Origin: Lingula anatina
Lineage: Eukaryota; Animalia; Brachiopoda
Assembly (NCBI GenBank): GCA_051362555.1
Contig: CM120640.1
Coordinates: 40,650,788 to 40,714,787 of the forward strand
Length of the DNA: 64,000 nt
Direction: 5' to 3'
The position numbers and the translations under genes are program-made. Shown here piece by piece: positions 23,864 through 64,000 of the stretch (its first letter is position 1; each line of letters begins with the position of its first letter). The notes below the pieces were generated by a model. The model saw only the letters and a program-made list of their open reading frames with translations. It did not search any database and was not told the origin of the DNA.

Positions 23864-25436
23864 TGCTAGAGTTTAAGAACAGTTGAATTTTGTTAAGTTC
23901 GTAATTTGTTTTTCTGATTTGAGTGTTTGAGAATAGCTTTAAATACTGGACCCAACGCAAAGAAGTAAAAAAGATAGTGACTTTTTGCGCAAAGGTAGTT
24001 AATTGGCTGGTTTTGAGGTGTATGATTACCAATTTGTTAGTTTTGTTTTTGCATATTTTGGTAATTCATGCAAAAGATTTGTTCATGAGATATTTGGAAA
24101 TGAGCTTTTGTTTTATTAACGCGCAACACCTTTTTTCTATTGTCAATGTACTAGTTATTCTAGAAAAAGACTAAATGTAACACATTCTGAATCATTTATT
24201 TGATATCCAACCCTCGGTAAACAAATCGATATTAATATCCAGATAGAAGGTAATCGTGCCAAAAAGAAGGCAATTTATGTTAAGGCACAATATACTGTAA
24301 CAGCAATCTGCAGTTTATTATGAAAAAAAAAAAAAAACATGGCCATGTTTTAGCATTATTAAGTGGATAAGGAAGTCGCAGTTTCATAGATGGATCGTTT
24401 AAAAGCTTTCCAGCTTATGTTAACCTGCAGTCGATATCTTAAATCTGTAGCTCACTAGATCTATGCATTTAAAACATCCAGTGATGTTATCATCTTGTTT
24501 AAACGTTGCGCCTGCAGATTTGTAATGTTTTTTTTCTTAACTATTAATATTATCAGTATTATATATCATTTGGAATCAAGAAAACGGAGTACTCTTCGCT
24601 CTATGGTCTTTTTGCTGCAAGACTTTTTTTCACAAAACTTTAAATGCCATATTAGGCAGATGCATCAATTCACGGGTTTTAAAAAAATTGACCCTTTTTT
24701 TCTTTTTTCCTTCCATTTTGGTTGTATATCATAGTGAAAAGGAGGCAGAGAATATTTTGTCTTTGTGTTGTCAATAAAATTGATTAAATGTAGTCTGTCA
24801 AGATTCTTTGCTACATGTATGAAGACATCTTTACACACATCTACGAACTTCGAAGCCGCCGTTAAAACAGCAGAGACTAAAATGCTTTTTAATCGTATCG
24901 TTAACTTTGCCAAAATTTAAAGAAACTCCCTGATCAAAGCTCTATCTATGTCGAAAAGAAACGCGAGTCACAGCGAAATCGGATTATTGTGAACTGTAGT
25001 GCATGCAAATCGACACCTTTGATTATGTACCGTCTTCCCAACGGTGTCCCATCTGTTGACAGAATTTTACCTCTATGAAATAAAGAGAAACAACAACGCT
25101 GTTTGCATATATGATTTATTGGACTTAAATTAATAAAAGTAAAATACTGGTATGTAAAAACCAATACTTGAAGGGTTTTTTAAAAACTGTGGAAATTGCG
25201 TAAGTTTAAACTGATAATAATATTGTCGAAGTCATGAATAAAAAATCAGCCAAATTAACAACATTGCATTTCACATTTTATGTAAAGTTTGTTTAGGAAA
25301 AAAAATAAACCAAAGTGTCATTTCCCTCTTTCTATGATTTTGTCTGTCAATTGCATAGTCGTTAAATGTCGGTAGATGTTCTTTAAGGTTTGGTCGTTGT
25401 ATGATAATTGGCAGTGGGAGTTCAGTTAAGTCCCTG

Positions 25437-63994
<38,558 letters not shown>

Positions 63995-64000
63995 CTAGAC

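Noticed and set aside
19203-25386. TTAAAGACCACTTACCG and CGGTAGATGTTCTTTAA as possible TTAA-flanked (Kolobok-like) termini enclosing the GPCR
   Set aside because: Only 14/17 match in AT-rich DNA, there is no transposase, and the right site lies ~50 nt past the MALRD1-like stop, in its probable 3' UTR. Chance is likely unless other genomic copies are found.

Overview
Eukaryotic (animal) genomic DNA with GT-AG introns and microsatellites. The gene families suggest a marine invertebrate, probably lophotrochozoan, but the taxon cannot be fixed from this sequence. Five protein-coding genes were reconstructed by hand. (1) The 3' part of an Amt-family ammonium transporter (+, 75-3066). (2) A small gene with two coding exons for a ~105-aa uncharacterised protein (-, 3900-4705). 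(3) A type I membrane mucin with 20 coding exons and ~1,567 aa (+, 7011-17888): signal peptide, four copies of a Cys-free ~162-aa domain I cannot name alternating with Thr-rich stalks, a SEA-like domain with G|SIIV, an Ig domain, TM and a Lys-rich tail. One of its introns holds a foldback-like element with minisatellite arms. (4) An intronless rhodopsin-class GPCR of the FMRFamide/sex-peptide-receptor/Srw-like group with an apparent signal peptide (+, 21646-23070). (5) The 3' ~38.5 kb of a giant MAM/LDLa/EGF/TM receptor (MALRD1-like; -, 25437 to beyond 64000). Its most unusual feature is a 9-MAM/3-LDLa super-repeat present once in ~30 small exons and, immediately after, as part of one 8,361-nt intronless exon. 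No prokaryotic features, RNA genes or CRISPR arrays were seen. Exon boundaries and domain counts were read by eye and need transcript confirmation.
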